Source: an uncultured delta proteobacterium
Lineage (GTDB): Bacteria; Desulfobacterota; Binatia; UBA9968
Assembly: GCA_963840855.1 (NCBI GenBank)
Contig: CAWJBB010000021.1
Location: forward strand, 96,001-160,000
DNA: 64,000 nucleotides
Reading direction: 5' to 3'
Shown: positions 10,015 to 20,230 of the stretch, in pieces
Position numbering within the stretch: position 1 is the first letter of the stretch
Layout of the letters: each line of letters opens with the position of its first letter
Notes under the pieces: generated by a model
Told to the model about the DNA's origin: nothing
What the model saw: the letters and a program-made list of their open reading frames with translations, nothing else
Database searches by the model: none
Position numbers and translations under genes: made by a program

Positions 10015-10753
10015 AGTAACGGTCCAAGAAATCTTTCCAGGCCGCTTCCGAAATATACCGCCCCAACGGGTCGAGCTTGCGCGCCGATCGGCGCAGTCGC
10101 TTGAGATTTCTTTCAGCGATCTGGTCCGGCAGCTGCCCTAAAAACAGCGTCGCTTTGTCGAAATCAATAATATATCCCTTGAGCCCACTGTTTTCACGGC
10201 GCACCAGGATATTTTTCAGATTGAGATCCCGGTGATAAACACCCTCGCGGTGCAAGCGTTTGACGCCGTCGGCGGCCGCGCGCAATATCGCCGCCGTGTC
10301 AAATCCACGTACAAAACTGCTGCTCACAGTCTCCCAGAGGTCCCGGGCACCGGTGAGCTCGCGGGTGATGAACCAGCCGCGGTAGAAAGGCCCCCATAGA
10401 GGCTCAACGCACGCGCCACAAGGCTCTACGGTAGGTACGCCTCGGCGGTGCAACTCTTCGCTAACGGCCAATTCGCGCAGGGGGCGGGGCGGCCAGGTGA
10501 AAAATATGTTTTGAGTCAAGCCGTGAAACATACCGCCGTGGCGATAAGAGCGGACCAACGCCCGCTCCCCGTCGGTAAGGCGCAGGCAACGCAATTGTTC
10601 CCGCCCGTGATAAGGGCTCACATCCCCAGCTTTGTCGCATACCATTTCGATGGACAAGCTGTCCCCGAGATTCTCCCGCACCACCAACAAGCGCCCGCGC
10701 TGGTCGTGCGCCGTTATGAAACCGGGTGGTATGAATCTCCATCCCCAATCCAT
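9989..10753 (-). CDS. Kdo kinase-like LPS kinase (KdkA family)
   Basis: VRSYRHGG, HRDLNLKNIL, IIDFDK and NLKRLRRSARK motifs; start moved to MDWGW. Confidence 0.8.
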   Translation of the reverse strand: MDWGWRFIPPGFITAHDQRGRLLVVRENLGDSLSIEMVCDKAGDVSPYHGREQLRCLRLTDGERALVRSYRHGGMFHGLTQNIFFTWPPRPLRELAVSEELHRRGVPTVEPCGACVEPLWGPFYRGWFITRELTGARDLWETVSSSFVRGFDTAAILRAAADGVKRLHREGVYHRDLNLKNILVRRENSGLKGYIIDFDKATLFLGQLPDQIAERNLKRLRRSARKLDPLGRYISEAAWKDFLDRYYDTSATGN

Positions 10754-10826
10754 AACGTTGAGTGACGCGCGCGCTTTGATGCGCCCGATGACCGTGGACG
10801 TCTGAGTTGCCGCACTATCGGTCGCT

Positions 10827-11921
10827 TCAGACAAAAACAAACTCCGGCTGGCAGCCCGCCGCCGCTTTTTTCTCGCCGCGGCGCTTGAGCAAGCTCTCCA
10901 CTGCTTGCAGCACATGCTCCGGGCGAATAAGCTGGATGCAATCCTCGGTGCCGAGCGGGCAACGCCGGCCGCCGTGGCTACTGCAGGGACGGCAGGGCAA
11001 GTCTTTTTGCAAAACCACAGCGTCGCTTGAGTATGGATAGAACCCCAGCGCCGGTGTCGTCGCGCAAAACAGCGCCACGGTAGGCACGCCGCGGGCAACG
11101 GCAATATGCATGGGGCCGCTGTCGTTGGTAACAAAAACATCTAAGGCGCCCAGCGCCGCCGGCAATTCCCTCAGAGTGAACCTGGCCGCAAGATTGATGC
11201 AATCCGAACCGCAAGCCTCCTTGATCGAGCCGGCAATCTGCGCGTCTTCGGGTCCGCCGAAAATAATCACCTCGCAATTCCAGCGGGCTTTGACTAGTTT
11301 AATGAATTGGGTATACCCCTTCACGTCCCATCTCTTGGTGGCCCAAACCGATCCCGGATTCACGCCGATGAGCGGCCGCTCACCGGCTTTTTTCATGCCC
11401 AGGAGTTCAAGGTCAACCGACGTTTGACCATCGCGGGTTCCAACCCCATCGAACCGGCGCTGGCAATCTTCGGTCGCGATTCCGAAGGCACTAAGCAATG
11501 AGAGGTTTCTTTCGACATCGTGGCGCCCGGCGGGGCGATCAACGAGACGGTTGAACAGAAACCAACCTTTACTCTGGCGAAAGCCGATGCGGCAGGGGAT
11601 GCGCGCAAGATACAAAATCAGCGCGCTACGTAAAGACTTGTGGGGTGTCAGCGCTAACGTAAATGCCATTTGCCGCAGGCGCAGCGCTTGGCGCCAAAGA
11701 CCGGACCAGCCGCGGTGCGCGCCCTTTTTATCGTCGACGATGACGTCATCGATAGCAATGCAGCTCTCAGCGATTTCCCTACCCGGTGGGCTGCAGAAAA
11801 AAGTCAATCTTGCGCGTGGAAAGCGGTGCTTGATTTCCGTGAGCAGCGGCAGCGTGAGAACCGTATCGCCGAGAAAACTCGTTTGCAACACCAAGACGTT
11901 TTCCCACTGGGCGGTAGCCAT
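10827..11921 (-). CDS. waaF: LPS heptosyltransferase II (GT9)
   Basis: QTSFLGD, PGSVWATKRW and NDSGPMHIA motifs. Confidence 0.8.
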   Translation of the reverse strand: MATAQWENVLVLQTSFLGDTVLTLPLLTEIKHRFPRARLTFFCSPPGREIAESCIAIDDVIVDDKKGAHRGWSGLWRQALRLRQMAFTLALTPHKSLRSALILYLARIPCRIGFRQSKGWFLFNRLVDRPAGRHDVERNLSLLSAFGIATEDCQRRFDGVGTRDGQTSVDLELLGMKKAGERPLIGVNPGSVWATKRWDVKGYTQFIKLVKARWNCEVIIFGGPEDAQIAGSIKEACGSDCINLAARFTLRELPAALGALDVFVTNDSGPMHIAVARGVPTVALFCATTPALGFYPYSSDAVVLQKDLPCRPCSSHGGRRCPLGTEDCIQLIRPEHVLQAVESLLKRRGEKKAAAGCQPEFVFV

Positions 11922-11924
11922 GAC

Positions 11925-12092
11925 TTATAGTGGGGTAGCTTCTTCGATCAGCATCACCGGAATGTCATCTTTGATCGGATACATAAGGCGGCAGGCGTCA
12001 CATACCAGACCATCGCCATTTTCGTTCAAGTGAATGTCCCCTTTGCATTTGGGACAGGCCAGTATGTCCAACAGCTCCTGGTTAATCGCCAT
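11925..12092 (-). CDS. Trm112-family protein (YcaR-like), 55 aa
   Basis: Below the ORF-track cutoff. MAINQELLDILACPKCKG...VCDACRLMYPIKDDIPVMLIEEA; AGGAG RBS. Confidence 0.92.
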   Translation of the reverse strand: MAINQELLDILACPKCKGDIHLNENGDGLVCDACRLMYPIKDDIPVMLIEEATPL

Positions 12093-12161
12093 GATTTTCT
12101 ACTCCTAAGTCTTTCCTCTAGCAGGCTGCCGAATAAGACTCGTTTGCTGCCCACAAACACT

Positions 12162-13034
12162 TCACGCCATCTCTCCTTTGCGGTACGGGACCTGCGCGTC
12201 CCTGCCGCGGCGATAGCCGCGTTGCGTTTGCAATGGGTCGCGGTTGACGAAAAAGCGGCCGAACATCGGATGGTGCAAACTGCGCACCTCGTGCTCTAGA
12301 GCGAACACCGGCGCGCCCCCGTCAACATCCACGATATCTTTAAAGCGAAACTGGTGATTGCGCACCTCCTCGGAAATCAGCCCGCGCTCTTTGAGCATCC
12401 CATAGGGGCGGGAAAAGTTGGAAACATAAATGGCAATGTGATGGCCGTCATAAGGTCTAAGGGCCCGGTCCGTTTCTCTGAAATTGAGGTATTGATGACG
12501 CCCCAGATTTATCCGGCCCACTACCGCGCCGCCAGCGCTCTCCAACGACCCGCTCGCGCCCAAGAACTGGTCATAAAATTTGACGATGGCGGCCGCCGCT
12601 CCCCGCGGCACTGAAAATTCGACATAGGGGATACCCACGCCCATGTCGCCGAAGCCGGCGCCGGCTTCGTAGCAGCGATATTCGTTGCCCCAGGGACAGG
12701 TAGCGGAAATCGTATCGCCGCTTCTACGCCATGCGAACCGCGTTCCGCCGAGTCCCTCCTGCACGGCGGTCAAACGCATTTCCAGCGCGTTAAGATCAGG
12801 CACCACCAAACCGATATGGCCGTCGATGACCTGTGGGGTTCGCGTCGGCAGGTGAAACTGCTGGTCACCGGCGTTGACCCACATATTATTTAGCCCAACG
12901 TTAAGATAGGGGTCGCGGGTAAACCCCAGCCCTACGACATAGAAAAGTGTCGCCAACGCCTGGTCGGAAATTTGCACGTTGACATGCTCCAGCAGCACGA
13001 TATTGCCTACGTCTTCGTCTGTGTATGCGGTCAT
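12162..13034 (-). CDS. Hypothetical protein, probable tandem VOC/glyoxalase-like fold
   Basis: EHVNV...FY..GLG and HHIAIYV patterns; GAGG RBS. Confidence 0.65.
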   Translation of the reverse strand: MTAYTDEDVGNIVLLEHVNVQISDQALATLFYVVGLGFTRDPYLNVGLNNMWVNAGDQQFHLPTRTPQVIDGHIGLVVPDLNALEMRLTAVQEGLGGTRFAWRRSGDTISATCPWGNEYRCYEAGAGFGDMGVGIPYVEFSVPRGAAAAIVKFYDQFLGASGSLESAGGAVVGRINLGRHQYLNFRETDRALRPYDGHHIAIYVSNFSRPYGMLKERGLISEEVRNHQFRFKDIVDVDGGAPVFALEHEVRSLHHPMFGRFFVNRDPLQTQRGYRRGRDAQVPYRKGEMA

Positions 13035-13094
13035 AATTCACCTCAAAATATTATTTTTGACAGCTTTTAGAGCTTACCCAAATCTTTTCAATTA

Positions 13095-13139
13095 GTTCAA
13101 GCCGTTCGGCGAGACCGGGTAGTTTGAACGATTTGAACT
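13095..13139. repeat. Inverted pair of 9-mer GTTCAA/TTGAAC arrays
   Basis: gttcaagcc gttcggcga ... agtttgaac gatttgaac. Confidence 0.6.
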
Positions 13140-13168
13140 TTTTGCGGTTCATTTTCTATTCTCTGCTA

Positions 13169-14110
13169 TCAATAACCCAGGGTCTGAATCCACTGCCACT
13201 GCCAGGCCAGACCTTCTTCCAAGTTCACGCTCGGCGCATAAGCGATCTTTGAGCGCGCCGCTTCCAGGCTCGCGCTGGTGTGGCGTACGTCCCCCTTTTG
13301 CCGGTCGCATCGTTTCAACCGCGCCTTGCGCCCCGCGATGCGCTCAAGCAGGGCGATGGCGTTGAGCAGGCTCGTTTCCGAGCCGCCACCGAGATTAAAC
13401 ACTTCCCCCGAACCGGGATAATTCGCCGCACCGAGCACACCGTCGATTATATCTGAGCAATATGTAAAATCGCGGGTCTGCTCGCCGTCATCGTATAGCG
13501 GTATCTCTTCGCTACGCAACAAGCCACGCATGAATATGTGAAAAAACATATCGGGACGCTGGCGCGGTCCGTAAACGGTAAAGAAGCGCAGCGCCACCGT
13601 GGGCACGGCGAAGGCTTTGCAATAGAGGTAACAAAGATGTTCCGCCGCCAATTTGCTTACACCATAAGGCGACACGGGGCGGGTCAAGCCATCCTCGCGC
13701 ATGGGCAAGTCGCTTGTGTCACCGTACACCGATGAGGTGGAGGCGTACACAAATTTTCTGAGTTTCTTGCCTTTAGCGGCTTCGAGCAGCATCTGGGTGG
13801 CCATGACGTTGTTTTCCGTGTACCGGGCAAACTCCGTACCCCAACTCGCGCGCACCCCCGGCTGGCCCGCCAGGTGGAAAAGATAGTCCACGCCGTCCAG
13901 CAACTGATGAAGGTCTAGACCCATGACATCACGGTCGATGAACTTGCATCGCTCGTGACCGCGAAGGCCGGAGAGATTGTTTTCTTTGAAAGGCTGCGGG
14001 TAGTTGTCGAGAAACTTATCGACGCCGACTACCTCGTGGCCCAGCTGAAGAAGTTTTTCAGCCAGATGCGAGCCGATGAAGCCGGCCACACCCGTGATCA
14101 CGGATTTCAT
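13169..14110 (-). CDS. NAD-dependent nucleotide-sugar epimerase (UDP-glucuronate/glucose 4-epimerase-like)
   Basis: GVAGFIG, HLAGQPGVR, YGVSK and FFTVYGPRQRPDM motifs. Confidence 0.88.
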   Translation of the reverse strand: MKSVITGVAGFIGSHLAEKLLQLGHEVVGVDKFLDNYPQPFKENNLSGLRGHERCKFIDRDVMGLDLHQLLDGVDYLFHLAGQPGVRASWGTEFARYTENNVMATQMLLEAAKGKKLRKFVYASTSSVYGDTSDLPMREDGLTRPVSPYGVSKLAAEHLCYLYCKAFAVPTVALRFFTVYGPRQRPDMFFHIFMRGLLRSEEIPLYDDGEQTRDFTYCSDIIDGVLGAANYPGSGEVFNLGGGSETSLLNAIALLERIAGRKARLKRCDRQKGDVRHTSASLEAARSKIAYAPSVNLEEGLAWQWQWIQTLGY

Positions 14111-14151
14111 AACCAACTCCCGCGCGGTCTTCTTGGATCAAGCATCGGTCA

Positions 14152-14212
14152 GTCAATAAACGAAGCCACTTCGTGGGTGGGGTTTTGACCCCGCCCTTGA
14201 CCCAAGGGGATG
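14152..14212. repeat. 61-bp structured motif, copy 2
   Basis: Matches 1592-1652 at 55/61 positions. Confidence 0.9.
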
Positions 14213-14264
14213 CTCGCCCCCTTTGGAAACTCCATAATGTTGTTCCCGCCTCAAGAGGCGGGGT

Positions 14265-14840
14265 TTACGAAGAATCAATATTCAGGGGGGGAATCCAGCG
14301 CGCCGCTTCCCATAGACTCGCCACCACCTGTGCGACTCCCTGGGGAATCTCAATGGGTGGGTCGCCGAGAGTATGAATCCAAATTCCCTTAGCGCCACTC
14401 CGTGCCGCAAGTTCCATATCGGTGAATTGATCCCCCACGACGTAGGAGCGAGATGCCGCCACGCCCAGTTCCGCTGTGGCTTGCCGGATCATACCGGTGT
14501 TGGGCTTGCGGCAATCGCAAACGGTTTTGTACGGCGCGAATCCCTCGCTGGGATGATGCGGGCAATAGTAGACGCCGTCCACTTGCGCTCCCGACCGTGC
14601 GAGGCGGCCCAAGAGCTCCCGGTGAATATCCGCCAAGAGACTCTCGGTCAAATCACCCCGGGCAATTACAGATTGATTCGTAATCACTACGACCTTATAG
14701 CCCTTTTCCCTGAGTAACCGAAGCGCTTCGGGTACTTTGGGGAGAATTTCTAGTTGCTCTTTGCGGCATAGATGACCAACGTCGCGGATCAGTGTGCCGT
14801 CGCGGTCGACGAAAACCGCAGCCTGGCCACCCTCGCCCAT
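14265..14840 (-). CDS. gmhB: D-glycero-manno-heptose-1,7-bisphosphate phosphatase
   Basis: FVDRDGT, TNQS, YCPHHP, CDCRKP and VGD motifs. Confidence 0.92.
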   Translation of the reverse strand: MGEGGQAAVFVDRDGTLIRDVGHLCRKEQLEILPKVPEALRLLREKGYKVVVITNQSVIARGDLTESLLADIHRELLGRLARSGAQVDGVYYCPHHPSEGFAPYKTVCDCRKPNTGMIRQATAELGVAASRSYVVGDQFTDMELAARSGAKGIWIHTLGDPPIEIPQGVAQVVASLWEAARWIPPLNIDSS

Positions 14841-15939
14841 CTAATGTCGCCCGACGCCCGTCCGCCGCTTCTGGACACGCTCCAGCAACGCGGCAATCAA
14901 CATGTCTCCGTTTTCCACCACCATCTCCACGCGCAGCGCCATTAATTTTTCTTTGGCAAAGGGGAAACGCGCCAACTTGATGATGTCCTTTTCGGTTGTC
15001 AAAATCATCTCAGCGGTGCGTCCCACCCGGTTGATACGCTGCCAGTCCGCCAGGGTATAATCGTGATGATCGGGGAATTCCAAAATATCGACGATGTCGC
15101 CTTCGAAATCATGCAGTATGCGATAGAATCTTTCCGGATGCGCGATGCCGGCAACGGCCACGATCTTGTTTCGGGAGAGCAAACTCAACGGATATTCTTT
15201 CCACTGGTTCTCTTCATAGCCGACCAGCAAGACGGGAGAGAGCTCTCCCCTGAAGCAAGCATTTTCCTGGAAAGCCTTTATCAGAGGCTCCCATTCCTTC
15301 TCCGCGCCGGTTACCAACAAAAAATCCGCCCGCTGTGTCACCTTGCGCGGTTCGCGAAACGGTCCGGCCGGCAATAGCCAACCCGAGGCGTCGTTGCCCA
15401 ACAAGACGATATCGGCGTCCCGTTTCACGCGGCGGTGTTGGAAACCGTCGTCCAGGATAAATACATCGATGTCCCCGCGGTTGAGAAGTGCGCGGGCCCC
15501 CAGATGCCGCTTTTCACAGACCGCCACGGTCTGCCCATAGATCTTAGCCATCATGCACGGCTCGTCGCCGCCCGCCACCACCTCTGCTGTGGACGCCAGC
15601 GCAGCCGCGCCGTTGCCGTTCCCTGAAATCACGAGCGGCGCCGATCTTTTTCCGCCATAGCCCCGAGTCAGAATTCCCACTTTCAAGCCGCGTTTTTCCA
15701 GGGCGCGCGCCAGCCAAACGCAAATCGGCGTCTTTCCCGTGCCGCCCACCGTGAGATTGCCGATGCTGATCACGGGCCGGTCGAGCGCCAAGGCGTGGCG
15801 CCAGTTGAGCGAATAGAAAAGATTGCGCAAACCAACGAGCCCTGAGAACATTAAAGACAAGGGAATAAGCAAAAGCCAAAGTCGTCTTTCCCCAAAACCC
15901 TCGCCGCTCCCAAGCGCCGCGAATCCAGGAGCTATTCAT
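14841..15939 (-). CDS. lpxK: Tetraacyldisaccharide 4'-kinase (apparent +1 frameshift near 15882)
   Basis: ISIGNLTVGGTGKTP, GDEP, LDDGFQH, LPAGPFRE and TTEKD motifs. The N-terminus MNSSWIRGAWERRGFWGK is one frame off and its ATG overlaps the waaA 3' end. Confidence 0.92.
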
Positions 15940-17278
15940 AAGCGGCCGTAATTCCACCGCTTGCCGCCGGTATCTCGACGCCCGCGCTGAAATCTACGTA
16001 GGACCGCAGCAAATCCAGACTCCGCTCCATGACAGCGCCATCCCTGGCCGCCACGCCGTAGGCTTTTGCGCCGGCGCTCTGGCGCTTCTCGGGATCGAGA
16101 AGAAGGCCGGCGACCGCACGCAACAAATCGCCCCCATCGCGCACCTCGATGCCCCCGCCGCTATTTTTCATTTCCTCCGCCAGCATCCTGAAATTCGCCA
16201 TAAACGGCCCGAACAGTACTGGCTTCTTGAAAAAGGCGGGCTCAAGCAAATTATGCCCCCCCACGCCGACGAGGCTGCCGCCCACAAAGGCGATGTCCGC
16301 CCGCGCGTAATATCTCCCAAGGTCGCCGAGGGTATCGATCAACATCACGTCCTGGTCGAAGCTCAAACGGGCGTCGATCTGGCTTTTTTTCTCAAAGCTC
16401 AGACCGGTACTTTGCAATAGCTTCTCAACTTCTGCGAACCGTTCGGGGTGGCGTGGCGCGACGGCCAATTGAAGATCCGGAAACTGTTTCTTCAAGGTCA
16501 TGAAAACGCCCAGGAGAATTTCTTCTTCGCCCTGGTGCGAGCTGCCGGCAACCAGCAGCGGTCGCTTCGCCGGAGCGCCGGCGCCGACCTCGCCCTGGTT
16601 GGCTTCTGCGGAGAAACCGGTTCCAGGTCTCGGGGTCGCCCGTTTCAGGTTGCCGGTGACCACCACGCGCTTTGCCTCGGCGCCCAGACGAGTTATTCGT
16701 GCCTTATCTTCATCCGACTGCATACCGAGGGCGGCAAAACAGCCGAGTACGCGGCGGAAGAAACCGCCAAACAGCAGATAACGTTTCAACGCCCGCTCCG
16801 ACAAACGGCCGCTAAGCAGCAATGTCGGGATTCCTAGCTTAAATGCTTCATGGAGCAGGTTAGGCCAAATCTCAGTTTCGATGACGATCAAGGCCGCCGG
16901 ATCGAGTTGGATCAATGCGCGGCGCGCGATCAGCGGATAGTCCAGAGGCAGGAAAAACACCGCGTCCGCGCCCGCGCAACGCCGCGCCATGGCGTTGCCC
17001 GTATCCGTGAAAGTTGAAAAGATAACTTTCCGTTTCGCCGATTTGGCCTTGAGCGCGGCGATCAGTGTTCCCGCCGAGAGAACTTCGCCCACCGATGCCG
17101 CATGGATCCAGATGGGACGCGCGCCATCCAGTTTTTGCAACTTGCTTCTCGCGTACCAGCCGAACCGCTCCGCCAAGCCGGGGCGAAAGCGCGGACGCAA
17201 CGCCAGCCACAGCGGCAAGAAAGGCAACGCGGCCGCCAACGCGACGGAAAGCAAAATATTGTATATGAGATAATACAC
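15932..17278 (-). CDS. waaA: Kdo transferase
   Basis: WIHAASVGE, ETEIWPN, PRHPERF and GGHNLLEP motifs. Confidence 0.95.
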   Translation of the reverse strand: MYYLIYNILLSVALAAALPFLPLWLALRPRFRPGLAERFGWYARSKLQKLDGARPIWIHAASVGEVLSAGTLIAALKAKSAKRKVIFSTFTDTGNAMARRCAGADAVFFLPLDYPLIARRALIQLDPAALIVIETEIWPNLLHEAFKLGIPTLLLSGRLSERALKRYLLFGGFFRRVLGCFAALGMQSDEDKARITRLGAEAKRVVVTGNLKRATPRPGTGFSAEANQGEVGAGAPAKRPLLVAGSSHQGEEEILLGVFMTLKKQFPDLQLAVAPRHPERFAEVEKLLQSTGLSFEKKSQIDARLSFDQDVMLIDTLGDLGRYYARADIAFVGGSLVGVGGHNLLEPAFFKKPVLFGPFMANFRMLAEEMKNSGGGIEVRDGGDLLRAVAGLLLDPEKRQSAGAKAYGVAARDGAVMERSLDLLRSYVDFSAGVEIPAASGGITAAYE

Positions 17279-17295
17279 GCCCTTTAGGGGACAAG

Positions 17296-19052
17296 TCAGT
17301 GCAGGGTTTCCTCTTCCCCTACGATCTCGGTTTCCAACTGCTGGAGCGTATAGAGCCGGCTATACTCGCGCTTTTGCGCCAACAGTTCTTCGTGGCTTCC
17401 CTCTTCGACGATTCTACCCTCCGCCAACACTACAATCCGATCAGCTTTGCGGATGGTGGATAGCCGATGGGCGATGACCAGGGTCGTCCTTGTCGTCATC
17501 AAGCTTTCCAGCGCCTCTTGGACCAAGCGCTCGCTTTCCGCGTCCAGAGCCGAGGTCGCCTCGTCAAGTATGAGTATTGGCGCATTCTTAAGCAAGGCGC
17601 GCGCGATGGCGAGCCGCTGGCGCTGCCCGCCGGAAAGCTGCATTCCCATCTCGCCGACAACGGAGTCATAACCGTGCGGCATCGCCATGATAAATTCATG
17701 GGCATGGGCGGCCTTGGCGGCAGCGATAATATCGGCCATGGCGCGCCCCGGATCGCCGTACGCGATGTTGTTGCGTACGGTGTCGTTAAACAAAAACGTA
17801 TGCTGCGTTACGATGCCGATTTTCGAGCGCAACGAGCTTGATCGTCAAGTCACGGATATCGACGGCGTCGAGAGAAATTTTTCCCGCGCTCACGTCGTAA
17901 AAACGCGGAATCAGATCGGCGAGGGTGCTCTTGCCGGCGCCGCTCATACCCACCAATGCGACCATTTCGCCGGCGCGAATTTTCAAATTCACGTGATCGA
18001 GCACCGGTAAAGCGGCGTAGCTAAAATTGACATCGTGGAACTCGATCGCCTTGGCGAAAGGCGCGGCAATTTTGGCATCGGGCTTGTCTTTGATGCTCGG
18101 TACTTCGTCGAGTATTTCAAACACCCGCTCCGCGCCGGCCAGACCATGGTGCAGCGTCGCGTAGGTCCTCGTCAGGTTCTTAAACGGCTGGTACATCAGA
18201 AACATTGCGGCCATGAAGGCGAAGAATTCTCCGGGGGTGCGATTTCCCCCGATCACGCTCCAACCGCCGTACCATACCACCGATGAGATGCCGAACGCGG
18301 CCAGCAACTCCATCATCGGTGAAATGACTCCCCGGATCCGGCTTGATCCGCAATGATTGTTTGAAGAGCCGAAAATGTTCATTGGTAAACCTCTCGATTT
18401 CGTACTCCTCCATCCCAAACGCCTTCACGATGCGGTTTCCCTGGATGCTCTCCTGCAAAAAGGTGGTCAACATCCCCGTGCTGACCAGCCCGCGGCGGGA
18501 AATTTGTTTCATCTTTCTGCTCAGACGCATGACCGGCATTACGGAGGCGGGAAACACCACGAAAGCTAGAGAAGCCAACACCCAATCCTTCAGGAAAGCC
18601 ACGACGACGAGCACGGCAAGCGAGGTCGAATCCTTCAAAAACGATGTTACTGAATCGGTCAGCGCCGAACGCAAAAGAGTCGCATCGCTAGTGACCCGGG
18701 AAATCAACGTGCCGCTAGGGTGGCGGGAAAAAAAAGATAAAGGCATGAATTGCAGATGGCGCGTGAGCTGGTTTCGGACATCCTGCACGATGCGCAAGCC
18801 GACATATTCGCTCAAGTAGCTCTGCCCGAAATTGAGCGCTCCCCGGGCCACGAAAATGCCGACAATCGCGACCGGGAGATACTTCAGCATGGTCACGTTT
18901 TTTTGCACGAATACGTCGTCCATCATCCACTGCACCAAAAACGGCATTGCCCCTTCCGTGGCGCTGTAGCCGAGCATGCAAACCATGCCGAGGGCAAAGT
19001 AAGGCCAAAGGTAGGGCTTGAGAAAAGGCAAAAGTCGCAGATAGGTTTTCAC
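17296..19052 (-). CDS. msbA: Lipid A flippase ABC transporter (apparent +1 frameshifts near 18347 and 17839)
   Basis: Three consecutive ORFs give the TM domain, Walker A GMSGAGKS, and [14 protein letters not shown]. Joined length about 584 aa; lies between lpxB and waaA. Confidence 0.9.
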
Positions 19053-19064
19053 GACAAATTCAAC

Positions 19065-20210
19065 TCATGCCATCATGCCGATGGCCAGGTCCGCCACCCG
19101 GCCGGCGGCACCAGGGGACCCCAATTGGTTTCGTAGGTTCGACAGTTTTGCGACGATTCGGCAACGAATTTCAGGGTGGTCTAAGATGCGCCGGCTTTCT
19201 TCGACGATGCCCTCAGGCTGCAATTTCGATTGAACGAGCTCCGGCACTACGCGTTCGCCAGCGATCAGGTTCACCATGCCGATATGCTCCACTCGGACCA
19301 ACAAGCGCGCAAGCCAATAAGTGAGCCCCGAGAGCCGGTAAACGATCACCATCGGCTTGAGCAGTAACGCAGTCTCCAAGGTCGCCGTGCCCGACGCGGT
19401 CCACACCAGATCCGCTGCGTTTACGGCGTTATACCGGTCCCGGTCTACTATGGGGATATCGATGCCGGCTTTCCGGCAACCCGACTCGAGCATGCTATGG
19501 TCCACGGTGCTCGCGCGCACGCAGAGAAACTGAATGTCGCGCTCGCGGCGCAACTGTGCGGCCGCCTCGACCATCACCGGCAGGTGATACGCTACTTCGC
19601 GGCGGCGGCTACCCGGCAACAAAGCAACGACCGGCTTTCGAGCATCCAATCCTAACTTTGCCAACACAGCATTGCGCGTTTCGGTCACGCGGACCGTATC
19701 CAGCAACGGGTGCCCGACGAAAGTAACGTTGACGCCATGACTCTGGTAAAAGCGCGTTTCAAAGGGAAAGACCACGGCCATGCGGTCCACCCAGCGGGCG
19801 ATTTGTCGCACGCGCCCCTTACGCCAGGCCCAAATCTGCGGGCTGACATAATACAATACCGGGATTCCCAAGCGCTTGGCGGAGCGCGCCAAGCGCAGGT
19901 TGAAATCGGGAAAATCGATGAGCACGAGCAAATTAGGCTTCCGTTCGCGCAACGCCCGCCGCAGTAATTTGTAGGCATTCCAAAGATTCTTGATATTTCC
20001 CGCCAATTCAACCAGCCCCATGGCGGTGAGCCGGGAAACGTTCACCAGCGCATCGAATCTGAGTTTTTGCAATTGCTCGCCGCCAACGCCGAACAGCGAC
20101 AAGTCAGGATCGCGCTGGAGCAATGCTTCAGCAAGCTGCGCCCCATGGATGTCCCCGGAAGCTTCGCCGACGACGAGCATAACCTGTTTACGACGTTGAG
20201 CAACGCTCAC
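19065..20210 (-). CDS. lpxB: Lipid-A-disaccharide synthase
   Basis: GEASGD, IDFPDFN, SPQIWAWR, LLPGSR and SGTATLE motifs. Confidence 0.96.
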   Translation of the reverse strand: MSVAQRRKQVMLVVGEASGDIHGAQLAEALLQRDPDLSLFGVGGEQLQKLRFDALVNVSRLTAMGLVELAGNIKNLWNAYKLLRRALRERKPNLLVLIDFPDFNLRLARSAKRLGIPVLYYVSPQIWAWRKGRVRQIARWVDRMAVVFPFETRFYQSHGVNVTFVGHPLLDTVRVTETRNAVLAKLGLDARKPVVALLPGSRRREVAYHLPVMVEAAAQLRRERDIQFLCVRASTVDHSMLESGCRKAGIDIPIVDRDRYNAVNAADLVWTASGTATLETALLLKPMVIVYRLSGLTYWLARLLVRVEHIGMVNLIAGERVVPELVQSKLQPEGIVEESRRILDHPEIRCRIVAKLSNLRNQLGSPGAAGRVADLAIGMMA

Positions 20211-20230
20211 GATCGACCCAGCCGCCCGCG

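Noticed and set aside
11910-11917. ops-like GGCGGTAG near the waaF start
   Set aside because: It is on the strand opposite to transcription and inside coding sequence; there is no JUMPstart stem.
17786-18418. Programmed frameshifting or phase variation in msbA
   Set aside because: No slippery heptamer or repeat tract at the junctions; two shifts in one essential gene fit sequence error better.
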